Below, piece by piece: positions 1 to 8,745 of a stretch of 32,000 nucleotides of DNA; within the stretch, counting starts at the first letter, position 1; each line of letters starts with the position of its first letter. The notes under the pieces were generated by a model that was not told where the DNA came from, did not search any database, and saw only the letters and a list, made by a program, of their open reading frames with translations. The stretch covers positions 4,633 through 36,632 of the forward strand of contig JBKQMK010000202.1 in the NCBI GenBank assembly GCA_052146735.1. The letters are read 5' to 3'. This DNA is from Desulfomonilaceae bacterium (GTDB lineage Bacteria > Desulfobacterota > Desulfomonilia > Desulfomonilales > Desulfomonilaceae). The position numbers were made by a program, and so were the translations under genes.

Positions 1-995
1 AGAGTGGCCCTGATAGCCTGCACCCCGCTGTCGCTATATTCGAGACCGCTGTACATAACCGGAGATGCGCCCCGAGTCGAAGCAATGCGTCTTGCAAGAT
101 CCCGGACTGTTTCCTGAGGGACCCCGGTTATGGACTCCACCACGTCCGGTCGAAAATGTTGAACATAACGCTCAAAATCCTCGAAGCCGTGAGTCCAATT
201 TCGTACGAATGCCTCATCATAAAGCTCTTCTTCTATGAGAATATTACATAGGCCCAAGGCAAGAGCGCCGTCGGTTCCCGGCCGAATTGGTATCCATTGA
301 GCTTCCGTCAGCGTGGCGGTTGCTGTACGCCGAGGATCGATCACCACAACTTCGGCTCCACGGGCGCGGGCATTCATGATTCGGGACATATCCATGGGCG
401 GAGAGTCGGTTGCAGGATTCGCTCCCCACACAACAATAAGCTGTGCATTCTCTATGTCCGAGAACATGTTGATCAGCATTCCGCCCATCGTCACATGCGG
501 CGCAATCATAGCAAAAGATACGTAACAGAGCGCACCGACGCCCAAAGTGTTGGGTGACCCGAAAGGGAAGAGCAGACTTGAAGCAGAAGAGACGGCCACA
601 CCTTTGGGCTGAAAGATGTCACATTTGGCAAGCTCGAAACTGCCACGACCAGTGTATATCGCTGTAGCCTCGGGCCCGTCCTGTGTTTTTATAGCTTGCA
701 GCCTGTCGACTATAATTGTGTAAGCGTCATCCCAGGATATACGTTCAAACTCGTACGTTCCTTTGGGGCCCACTCTACGCAGTGGATGCAGAACTCGATC
801 CTGCGAGTATACTATTTCACCCGAGTGACGGCCGAGCTTACAGATTGCACCCCACTCGGATTCAGTATCTGCTCGCACTTCAGCCACTTTGCCGGATGAA
901 TCGTAAACGACGTTAACCCAACATCCTGCCGGACAGATCCCGCAAATTGCCCGCTTGGAGTTGGAGCTACGGAACTCTTCACATGAAGGTTTCAT
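1..995 (-). CDS. Molybdopterin-dependent oxidoreductase (formate dehydrogenase/DMSO reductase-type), N-terminal part, truncated at window edge
   Basis: Manual reverse-strand translation from ATG at 995: MKPSCEEFRSSNSKRAICGICPAGCWVNVVYDSSGKVAEVRADTESEWGAICKLGRHS...; CxxCxxxC...C [4Fe-4S] motif, then ...LIVVWGANPATDSPPMDMSRIMNARARGAEVVVIDPRRTATLTEAQWIPIRPGTDGALALG. Open to position 1. Absent from the supplied ORF track. Confidence 0.93.
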   Translation of the reverse strand, partial: MKPSCEEFRSSNSKRAICGICPAGCWVNVVYDSSGKVAEVRADTESEWGAICKLGRHSGEIVYSQDRVLHPLRRVGPKGTYEFERISWDDAYTIIVDRLQAIKTQDGPEATAIYTGRGSFELAKCDIFQPKGVAVSSASSLLFPFGSPNTLGVGALCYVSFAMIAPHVTMGGMLINMFSDIENAQLIVVWGANPATDSPPMDMSRIMNARARGAEVVVIDPRRTATATLTEAQWIPIRPGTDGALALGLCNILIEEELYDEAFVRNWTHGFEDFERYVQHFRPDVVESITGVPQETVRDLARRIASTRGASPVMYSGLEYSDSGVQAIRAT

Positions 996-1795
996 CAAAA
1001 CCCCAAAAGGAAAACGCACTATTTCGTCAGTTCACGTTCATTTAGTAAAGAAACTACGTCCATCATGATCCGCCCTGCTGGAACTGACTCTTGTCGCTCT
1101 TTTGTTCGTTTGGCTTAAAGCCACGCTAAACTTAATACTACCAAATGCGAAATGATTGCATAGCCAACGATACGCAGCCCTTTGTTTGAGTGTAAGCTTG
1201 TCGGCTTCTCCGACAACATAATACTAACGTCTCAAGTAATTATGATCGAGGAGATGGGTCGGATGTTTTTTATTCTATTGCTCCACGAGGAGCCGGTGAG
1301 CATTCATGGTCCCACTCTTGCCCCCGCATCCGTTGCCCCGCCCCTCGAAGATCGAACAGGTCGCTCGAAGAAAACTTCACTAAGAGCCGCACGCCGATTC
1401 CACTCGCCTTCTAAAACCTCCCCCTACTTTTCACAACCAGCATTGAAATCATTCTTTTCGTCTACCATTTGTTTGCGTTATCAATGACCTTTCAATGCCT
1501 TCCCCGCTTTCAAACAACGCACCACCTGGTGCTTACCATATTCCAGCGATGTTATTCGTGCTCGCTTTCTCGCTTCTTTTGCTCTCAAGCTTTTCTGTAG
1601 CGCTTCTAATTAGCCCCACAAAAAAGCTCTCGACGTTTCCTCCGCTGCCCGTTTGTAACTTAGTCACTTTATGGCGTCGCTATGACAGCCATTTCTGATC
1701 TTATGGTAGACATCTGAATAGTTCTTGTCAAGTATGTATGGTTTCTTGAACCTGATGAAACATGTACCTGCCGGTTTGAATCGCAAGAACCAATC

Positions 1796-1820
1796 TAATA
1801 GAAAATTAACTGTCTGTTAA
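1796..1820 (+). promoter_or_regulatory. Candidate PHO-box-like 11-bp direct repeats upstream of histidine kinase
   Basis: TAA cores at 1796, 1807 and 1818 (ctaatagaaaattaactgtctgttaat), exactly 11 bp apart. Confidence 0.55.
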
Positions 1821-1925
1821 TCCGAATCCAACCGAAAAACCATAAGCTCCCACAGGCCATATCATCGTGCCTGACGCTCCTACGAATGTAATCATGTGCC
1901 CCCATCGGTACAATACGGAGGAATG

Positions 1926-4151
1926 ATGTTCGGGTTAAGACAACTCAGCGGCTGCGTGTTCCGAAATCCGATGAAGGTTCTCACGTTGGGTTTAGTATTG
2001 GGCGTAACTTTACTGCCCATTCTGGGTTCCATAGTGTGGAACATGTATGATTCTCTGTCCAAAATTGGGAACAATGAGCTGCAACTTCAGCGACTTATTG
2101 GAACTGTCGCACACCTCAACGAGGTTCTCACCATGTATGCACGGCTGGCCGCCGCAACGGGCGATCCAAAATGGGAGAAGCAATACAGGGCCGTAGAACC
2201 TGAGCTTGATAACGCCATTGTGGGAGTGGCCATGCAGGCACGCGCGGAATATGAGAAGACCTACGTTGCTCAGACCAAGCTCGCGTACACAAAGTTGATA
2301 GAAATGGAATCCGTGGGCTTTGCCCTTGTTCGACAGGGTCGGCACAAGGAAGCTTCCGAACTTCTTTTTAGTGCGCAGTACGACCAGCAGAAAGCCCTGT
2401 ACTCGCAGGGAATCGGCAAAATGACCGAGGCGGTCCAGAAGCGAATAGCAGAAGAGATCAATTTGTTTCGCCAACGCATTTGGCACACTGGTTTTCTGGC
2501 TGTGGCCACTGTGTTGATTCTTCTTGCAGCATGGTTGGGGGCTTACCTCGTTGTCAATAGACACCTAGCTTTGCGTAGGCGGAGCGAGGACGAATTGGCA
2601 GAGGAGAAGGAGCGCCTGGCGGTGACCTTGCGCTCAATCGGCGACGGCGTAATCACCACAGACACTGACGGGACAGTGACTCTGATAAATCGCGTGGCGG
2701 AAGACCTAACCGGTTGGCGACAAGGAGAAGGCACGGGCAAAACCTTGAAGGAAGTGTTCGTGACGACTGACGAAGTCACCGGTGAGCCATCCCAAAGTCT
2801 CGCAGAAAAGGTTCTCGAAGCAGGCTCGATTTTCGGGACCACGAACCACACGCGCCTGATTTCCAAAGACGGCGCAGGGCGAATAATCTCGCATAGTTGG
2901 GCACCCATACGGGACAAAACAAGTGTCGTCGTGGGCGTCGTTCTGGTGTTCAGAGACATCACAGACCAACAGAACATGCTGAAGGAAGCATTAAAGGCGG
3001 AAAAGCTCGAATCCGTAGGTATATTGGCCGGCGGCATAGCCCACGACTTCAACAACATTTTGACCGCGGTAGTGGGGAATCTGTCCCTGGCCAAAATGGG
3101 CGTTAACCCGGAAAGCAAGGTATTCCAATCGCTATCCGAAGCTGAAAAAGCCTCGATCCGAGCCAAGAACCTCACGCAGCAACTGTTGACTTTTTCCAAG
3201 GGAGGAGCTCCGATCAAGAAAGCAGCTTCCATTCGTGAACTCCTGACGGGCTGGTCGGGCTTTGCATTAAGAGGCTCGAACGTGAAGTGTGAGTTCAGAA
3301 TTCAAGAGAATCTCGGGGACGCTGAAATCGACGAGGGCCAGATAGGCCAAGTCATTCACAACCTTATCATTAATGCGGATCAGGCAATGCCTGACGGGGG
3401 AACAATTCGCGTATCCGCCGAAAACTTTACTCTGAGACCGGGCGACAGTCTTCCTTTGACTCAGACTAAATATATCAAAATATCCGTGACTGACGAAGGC
3501 GTAGGAGTGGCCCCGGAACATCTTCCCAAGATATTTGATCCATACTTCACCACCAAAAGAAGTGGCACCGGGCTCGGACTCGCCACATCCTACGCCATAA
3601 TAAAGAGACACGACGGCCATGTCACCGTGGACTCTCTTCCCGCACTTGGAACGACCTTCACGATATACCTGCCAGCGTCGGAAGAGCATGCGCTGCCACA
3701 AGACCAGGCTCCCCATTACATTGAGAGAGGCAAGGGAAAGGTGCTTGTTATGGACGACGAGCCGCTGATCCGCCAGCTTACAAGTGACATGCTGACGCAT
3801 CTAGGATATCAGGTCTGCATCTCCAAGGACGGCTTCGAAGCTCTGGGCCTCTTCGAACGCTCTAAGAAAGAAGGAAAACCTTTCGATGCGGTGATAATGG
3901 ACTTAACCATTCCAGGTGGAATGGGAGGAAAAGAAGCGATAACGAAATTGCTCAGCTTAGATCCGGAGGTCAAAGCTGTAGTTTCCAGCGGTTACTGTAA
4001 TGATCCCATCATGGCAAACTTCAGAAAGTATGGATTTGCCGGAGTGCTTGCCAAGCCCTATACGGCCATACAGATGAGCAAATTGTTGCACACAATCATA
4101 AGCCCAAAGCAGAGCGAATGTCTTAAGACACAGGACAAATCAGTCGGCTAG
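1926..4151 (+). CDS. Hybrid sensor histidine kinase: TM, periplasmic helical region, TM, PAS, HisKA, HATPase, receiver domain
   Basis: PAS-like SIGDGVITTDTDGTVTLINRVAEDLTGW; HisKA LAGGIAHDFNNILTAVVGNLSLAKMG; ATPase GTGLGLATSYAIIKRHDG; REC KVLVMDDEPLIRQL...DAVIMDLTIPGGMGG. GGAGG just upstream favours ATG at 1923/1926 over the GTG at 1896. Confidence 0.93.
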   Translation: MFGLRQLSGCVFRNPMKVLTLGLVLGVTLLPILGSIVWNMYDSLSKIGNNELQLQRLIGTVAHLNEVLTMYARLAAATGDPKWEKQYRAVEPELDNAIVGVAMQARAEYEKTYVAQTKLAYTKLIEMESVGFALVRQGRHKEASELLFSAQYDQQKALYSQGIGKMTEAVQKRIAEEINLFRQRIWHTGFLAVATVLILLAAWLGAYLVVNRHLALRRRSEDELAEEKERLAVTLRSIGDGVITTDTDGTVTLINRVAEDLTGWRQGEGTGKTLKEVFVTTDEVTGEPSQSLAEKVLEAGSIFGTTNHTRLISKDGAGRIISHSWAPIRDKTSVVVGVVLVFRDITDQQNMLKEALKAEKLESVGILAGGIAHDFNNILTAVVGNLSLAKMGVNPESKVFQSLSEAEKASIRAKNLTQQLLTFSKGGAPIKKAASIRELLTGWSGFALRGSNVKCEFRIQENLGDAEIDEGQIGQVIHNLIINADQAMPDGGTIRVSAENFTLRPGDSLPLTQTKYIKISVTDEGVGVAPEHLPKIFDPYFTTKRSGTGLGLATSYAIIKRHDGHVTVDSLPALGTTFTIYLPASEEHALPQDQAPHYIERGKGKVLVMDDEPLIRQLTSDMLTHLGYQVCISKDGFEALGLFERSKKEGKPFDAVIMDLTIPGGMGGKEAITKLLSLDPEVKAVVSSGYCNDPIMANFRKYGFAGVLAKPYTAIQMSKLLHTIISPKQSECLKTQDKSVG

Positions 4152-4300
4152 TGCCGTACATTGCTATAGGTGCCGCCACCGCAGTGGTGCTAGTGCTGTA
4201 CGTCTCTGTAGGTTCTGCCACAGTACCGCATGCTCTCTATTGCTCTGGCTGAACTAACAAGGACCCGAAATCGGGACGCCATGCACCTGACTTGATAAAG

Positions 4301-4336
4301 TAACCGAGATTTAGTTTGCCGCTAATACTGCACTAA
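4301..4336 (+). promoter_or_regulatory. Candidate PHO-box-like repeats (four units) upstream of first PstS-like gene
   Basis: TAA/TAG cores at 4301, 4312, 4323 and 4334 (taaccgagatttagtttgccgctaatactgcactaac), 11-bp period. Confidence 0.6.
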
Positions 4337-4484
4337 CCTTCGGCCCTTACACATGCCCGTGCAGCGTCTTCACCTGCTTCTTGGCCTCTTGGCGAAGACA
4401 CCCGGATCGGAACATCCGGGGCCGGTGTTGTTGTTTTCCTACGCTCGCGAGAAAATTCACAGTTGGGAAGAGAGGAATTGCTCA

Positions 4485-5351
4485 ATGAGTTGGTGTCGTA
4501 ATGTAGGGTTGGCTGTTGTCTTTGCAATTCTAATCAATGGAGCGGTGTGGAGTTTGCCCGTACAAGGCGAGAATTCGGCTATGGTCCACCTCAGTGGCTC
4601 CAGATACTTGTATTTCACCGTAACGGATCTCGCCAGGCGCTACATGGAGCACGATGCTGAAACCAAAGTGATAGTTACTCACGCGGATCAGCAGTCCTAC
4701 GTGCAATCGCTTATGGATAACACCAGTGACGCAATCATGACACTGGGAAAAATGGAACAGGACTTAAAGGAAGAGGCAGTGGAACAAGGAATCCACCTAC
4801 AGGAGAAGATTGTGGCCTGGGGCGGGGTGGTGCTCGTAACGGACCCGAAAAATCCGGTCAATGAACTAACTATGGACCAGGTCCGGAAGATATTCCTTGG
4901 CGAACATGTCAATTGGGCGGAAGTGGGCGGCCTAGATGAGCCTATTGTGACGATGTCCCGAGATGAAGCCGTGTCGGGCACAGAGCGATTTTTTCGTGAA
5001 TTTGTGCTCCATGGTTTTCCGCTGGTGCAGCAGACCGTCAAATTGTTTGACCCCGACATAGTCCGGGCTGTTTGGAAACGGAGGGGTTCCATAGCCGATG
5101 CGCGCTATACCGAGGCAGTGAGGGGCAGGATTAGGGGTATGGTGAAGATAATTGCCCTTAAGGAAGACGAGGGGTCTCCGGCCATCATGCCGTCCGTGGA
5201 CACCATTGAAGAGCACACCTACCCCTTGTCCGCTCCTCAGGTCATGTACTATGACGTGAAATCCAACTCGCGCGGCCTCAAGGAATTTGTCGACTTCTGC
5301 GCTGACCGGGGCCTCGGTACACATCACGCATGGTTGAAGAAGCAGAGATAA
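4485..5351 (+). CDS. PstS-like periplasmic substrate-binding protein (divergent phosphate-family solute-binding protein)
   Basis: Signal peptide; SGSRYLYFTVTDLARRYM..., NPVNELTMDQVRKIFLGEHVNWAEVGG, SGTERFF. Start at 4485 preceded by AGAGAGGA; ORF track start 4353 is probably too early. Confidence 0.82.
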   Translation: MSWCRNVGLAVVFAILINGAVWSLPVQGENSAMVHLSGSRYLYFTVTDLARRYMEHDAETKVIVTHADQQSYVQSLMDNTSDAIMTLGKMEQDLKEEAVEQGIHLQEKIVAWGGVVLVTDPKNPVNELTMDQVRKIFLGEHVNWAEVGGLDEPIVTMSRDEAVSGTERFFREFVLHGFPLVQQTVKLFDPDIVRAVWKRRGSIADARYTEAVRGRIRGMVKIIALKEDEGSPAIMPSVDTIEEHTYPLSAPQVMYYDVKSNSRGLKEFVDFCADRGLGTHHAWLKKQR

Positions 5352-5382
5352 ACCTCTCTTCCAGATTATTTATCGGAGTGCT

Positions 5383-5430
5383 CGGGCCGACGCAATTTGT
5401 ACCCCCCCAATTGAGACCGGCGTCGGCCCG
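5383..5430 (+). terminator. Perfect 11-bp inverted repeat downstream of first PstS-like gene, possible terminator
   Basis: CGGGCCGACGC (5383-5393) and GCGTCGGCCCG (5420-5430) followed by tttatata. Confidence 0.5.
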
Positions 5431-5588
5431 TTTATATACAAATTCAGTTAGCCGCTTCCGCAGGGACAGAGAAATCTTGATCGATGGTGTCAACGCGGAT
5501 CCTGTAGCGAGACCACGTAGAAATGCATGGTCTTCGGGTCAAGTATTTGATATGGCGAAGGAAATGAAAGGACATCGAGGGTAATCAA

Positions 5589-5935
5589 ATGCACGGGAGT
5601 GGTGAGGCGGAAAGAGAGACAATTCGACCTGAATTTGATCCTTCAATCATGATCGATTTTCAGGGGGACAAGATTACTTGTGGCACGGGTTTTCCGTTGC
5701 TTTGAGCGATAGACGACCGCTTTGGCATTTTTGATCGAATCGGGAGCGAACAGGAGGATACCAGATCCAGGGTTCGCAGCAAACTCTCTCAGCTTCAAAT
5801 GGCCTGGTAGAGGAGCTATCAGATAGCGGCTGGGTATAGCGCGCCGCATAATTCCGCCTTGTTCGGAGGACGTGATCCCCTTGTCAAGCAGTTGCGCCCG
5901 CGAAACGGTTCCCCGACCACGGCTGAAGTCAAGAA
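5589..5935 (+). pseudogene. Degraded N-terminal remnant of an IS1380-family transposase
   Basis: Frame 1: MHGSGEAERETIRPEFDPSIMIDFQGDKITCGTGFPLL-stop; shifted frame continues RAIDDRFGIFDRIG...stop...SYQIAAGYSAPHNSALFGGRDPLVKQL. This matches the remembered IS1380 layout (IDFQGAKITSDAGFLLLREIDERFGL... QIALGYEDANDADRLRDDPLFK). Confidence 0.7.
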
Positions 5936-6003
5936 TTCATGCGCCTAGTGGATGCAGAGTCACGCATAACTGGTTTGTGAGAAACTATGTTCAAACAATA
6001 TCT

Positions 6004-6028
6004 TAATTTCAATCTAATCGTGTCTTAA
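6004..6028 (+). promoter_or_regulatory. Candidate PHO-box-like repeats upstream of second PstS-like gene
   Basis: TAA cores at 6004, 6015 and 6026 (cttaatttcaatctaatcgtgtcttaacc); TATTAAT about 30 bp downstream could be a -10. Confidence 0.6.
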
Positions 6029-6107
6029 CCCATGTAACCAAGAATCTGAGTCTCGGTATTAATAGAGGTCCTGATTAGAAACGGCTCTCCTTAGAAAGGA
6101 AGATATT

Positions 6108-6959
6108 ATGTGTAAACGGTTGGTTTTCGTCGCGTGCGTGTTGACTATTTCAGCCGCACTTGTGGATCACAGTTTCGCTCAAGACAAAAATAGCCTGAAA
6201 ATCCAAGGGTCAAAATATGTAGCCTTTACGTTGACTGATTGGGCGAAGGCCTACATGGATCAACAGCCAAATGCCTCGATCAAGGTTGAGGCTGTCGACT
6301 CCGTGGAAGGATTCCAATCATTCCTGAAGCGGAGTTCTGATGCTCTGGCCGTGTTCGGACAGTTGGAGGAGGACGAGAAGGGTGAAGCAGAGGAGAAAGG
6401 CATGGTCGTCACGGAAAGGATCATCGGTTGGGGCGCAGTCGCCATCATTACGCATCCGAAGAATCCGGTCAATGAGCTTTCGATCGATCAGGTCAAGAAG
6501 ATCTTCTCAGGAGCCTACAAGAACTGGAACCAGGTGGGCGGCCCCGATCTTCCGATCGTCGCAATCACCAGAGATGAGGCAATGTCAGGCACTGAAAGGC
6601 TTTTTAGGGACCTTGTCCTCGATGGTTCGCCAGTGGACCAGGACACCAAGCGCCTGCTCTCGTATGACATAATACGTGCCGTTTTAAAGGATCCCGGCTC
6701 TATTGCCGATGCCCGTTACACAGAGGCCATTCGCGGCAGGATTAAAGGAATGGCGAAGATCCTTGCTCTCAAAAAAGATGAAAGCAGCCCGGCGGTAATG
6801 CCGTCAGCGGAAACATTGCAGAACCGCTCATATCTTCTCTCTGCTCCGATGGTTATTTGCTACGATTCAAAAGAGAATTCCGGTGTCCTACAAGCATTCA
6901 CCGAATTTTGTTCAAAGAGAGGATTAGGGGAACGGTTCGCGGAATCTCAGTCGAGATAG
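6108..6959 (+). CDS. PstS-like periplasmic substrate-binding protein, paralogue of 4485-5351
   Basis: Signal peptide; QGSKYVAFTLTDWAKAYM, NPVNELSIDQVKKIFSGAYKNWNQVGGPDLPIVAITRDEAMSGTERLFRDLV; RBS aggaag at 6098. Confidence 0.85.
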   Translation: MCKRLVFVACVLTISAALVDHSFAQDKNSLKIQGSKYVAFTLTDWAKAYMDQQPNASIKVEAVDSVEGFQSFLKRSSDALAVFGQLEEDEKGEAEEKGMVVTERIIGWGAVAIITHPKNPVNELSIDQVKKIFSGAYKNWNQVGGPDLPIVAITRDEAMSGTERLFRDLVLDGSPVDQDTKRLLSYDIIRAVLKDPGSIADARYTEAIRGRIKGMAKILALKKDESSPAVMPSAETLQNRSYLLSAPMVICYDSKENSGVLQAFTEFCSKRGLGERFAESQSR

Positions 6960-7487
6960 CATTTTCTCGCACCTAATTACTCGTGTAACCTGAATCGGCC
7001 CTGATGCATCCAAGTCGGACAGTCGGTGTTGACTGCAGGATCTGAAGATCTTTGTGGCCCCGTTAAGTGAGAGGCTGCGGGGATTGGCTATGGAAAGCCC
7101 TGTGGTTGATGGGCACTCTCGAGCGTGGAGCCTGCATCACCATTTGCCTTCGGCCTTCTCCCTCGATCGGCACTACCGGCCGGCATAGAGGTGCGAAGAT
7201 CATAGTTGACTGGAGGCTGAGCGTTGAAGTATGTTCAAAAAGAGGACAAAACAGGAGCTTTCATCGACATGGAGACAGTTTTGCCGCTGTCGGATCTTGG
7301 AAGGGGCCGTGCTGGGACCTTTCGGGGAGGTCGGAGAACCAGCGTGCGACGAGCACAGATCCAGAAACCGTGGAAAAGGAAAAGCTGCCGCATAATTCGG
7401 GTTCAAGACTATTAGGATAGAACGGTCGCAGCACAGTTTCGGATGAGCTGTTCACCTTCAACCACACATTTGGGGAGGAGGAATGCC

Positions 7488-8069
7488 ATGGGAGCCAAGA
7501 AGATTCTGATGTTGGTCGGGGACTACGTAGAGGATTACGAGGTGATGGTGCCGTTCCAGGCCTTGCTGATGGTCGGGCATACAGTTCACGCGGTTTGCCC
7601 TGACAAGAAGGCCGGCGACATAGTGAGAACCGCAATTCACGACTTTGAGGGGGACCAGACCTACAGCGAGAAGCGGGGGCATAATTTCACCTTGAACGCA
7701 ACATTCTCGGAAATAAAGGCTGAAGATTACGATGCTCTGGTGATTCCGGGCGGACGCGCTCCAGAATACATAAGACTCAACGAAGGAGTGCTCAAAGTAG
7801 TACGCCATTTTGCCGAGAAAAACAAACCCATAGCCGCTATTTGCCACGGAGCGCAGGTGTTGGCCGCTGCGGGGGTTGTTGAGGGAAAATCGTGTTCGGC
7901 CTATCCGGCTGTGGGGCCTGACGTCAATAGTGCGGGCGGAAAATGGGTAAACATTCCTTTGGACAAGGCCCACGTGGACGGCAACCTCGTTACAGCACCT
8001 GCGTGGCCTGCGCACCCAGATTGGGTGGCAAAGTTCCTTCAGGTGCTCGGCACCAAGATTGAGCCGTAA
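7488..8069 (+). CDS. DJ-1/PfpI family protein
   Basis: [39 protein letters not shown]...[18 protein letters not shown]...[29 protein letters not shown]; RBS ggaggagg upstream of ATG 7488. Confidence 0.9.
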   Translation: MGAKKILMLVGDYVEDYEVMVPFQALLMVGHTVHAVCPDKKAGDIVRTAIHDFEGDQTYSEKRGHNFTLNATFSEIKAEDYDALVIPGGRAPEYIRLNEGVLKVVRHFAEKNKPIAAICHGAQVLAAAGVVEGKSCSAYPAVGPDVNSAGGKWVNIPLDKAHVDGNLVTAPAWPAHPDWVAKFLQVLGTKIEP

Positions 8070-8174
8070 CAACGGCCGCGGAGCTTCAGATATTCCCGAT
8101 TGTATGGGCCTGGGGGCGCAGTCGGTTTACGCCCCCCATCGTTCCCGTTCGGTCTGGCCGGTACCGTATCCCTG

Positions 8175-8336
8175 GTTACCAGGCTCTGCCTGGTAACTCC
8201 CTTGTTCCGGGCTCCGCCCGATATGAGCCACGATTGCGAAATCTGGAAGGCCGGATTCCGGATTGGGGGCAGAACCTGGGAACCAGGTGTAGTGCATGGT
8301 GCCACGGACGAGCCGGTCGGCACGTTCGTGGCACCA
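8175..8336. repeat. Cluster of short hairpin-forming palindromes (REP-like)
   Basis: GTTACCAGGC-tct-GCCTGGTAAC (8175-8197); CGGGC-tcc-GCCCG (about 8209-8221); CCTGG-gaa-CCAGG (about 8275-8286); TGGTGCCACGGACGAGCCG-gt-CGGCACGTTCGTGGCACCA (8297-8336), 19-bp arms with 2 non-Watson-Crick positions. Confidence 0.6.
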
Positions 8337-8405
8337 ATGTTTCGAGCACTTTCATGCTTCGTTGTGGCGCTTTCAACCGTAGAATCCGGCATGAAATCGC
8401 TGGGT

Positions 8406-8624
8406 TCACTTGAATCTGACACAATCTTTGATCATTGTCAGGGAATCGTCTATATGTCCGAGTCGTTTCTCGAATCCTGTGAGTGACCCGTTTGAGCCGT
8501 TTGTTTCCCCTGAACGAACGAGAAGTTTTTCCAACAGTCTAGTTTGTGCATTCACGACTTCCGTAAGTTGATCGATTTTTGAATGCATCACCCTTACCTC
8601 ATCCGGAACCGGTAAAAATCCCAT
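8406..8624 (-). CDS. Small hypothetical coiled-coil-like protein
   Basis: MGFLPVPDEVRVMHSKIDQLTEVVNAQTRLLEKLLVRSGETNGSNGSLTGFEKRLGHIDDSLTMIKDCVRFK; AAAGGAAAG about 9 nt upstream of ATG 8624; possible longer start at 8690. Heptad-like pattern. Confidence 0.45.
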   Translation of the reverse strand: MGFLPVPDEVRVMHSKIDQLTEVVNAQTRLLEKLLVRSGETNGSNGSLTGFEKRLGHIDDSLTMIKDCVRFK

Positions 8625-8745
8625 GAAGAAGACTTTCCTTTCCAATCTGCAGTTGGGCTTTCTGATCGAGGGCTTAACGCAGCATTCCACTTCAATCCCA
8701 TTCGGCTGAAATTATTAGCTTTGCGTCTTACCGCTTATCGCGCCC

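Noticed and set aside
1115-1128. TTA/CTA pair 11 bp apart upstream of the molybdopterin oxidoreductase gene
   Set aside because: Only two units with no third repeat; insufficient to call a PHO-box-like site.
1182-1698. ORFs of 101 and 67 aa in the 0.9-kb gap before the kinase
   Set aside because: Low-complexity CT-rich translation, no RBS or recognisable domain; treated as non-coding.
2010-3800. Several 69-229 aa ORFs overlapping the histidine kinase
   Set aside because: Shadow ORFs of a high-confidence kinase gene with conserved HisKA/HATPase/REC motifs.
7067-7420. 117-aa ORF and overlapping ORFs upstream of the PfpI gene
   Set aside because: No RBS, compositional pattern or domain; several mutually overlapping frames typical of noise.
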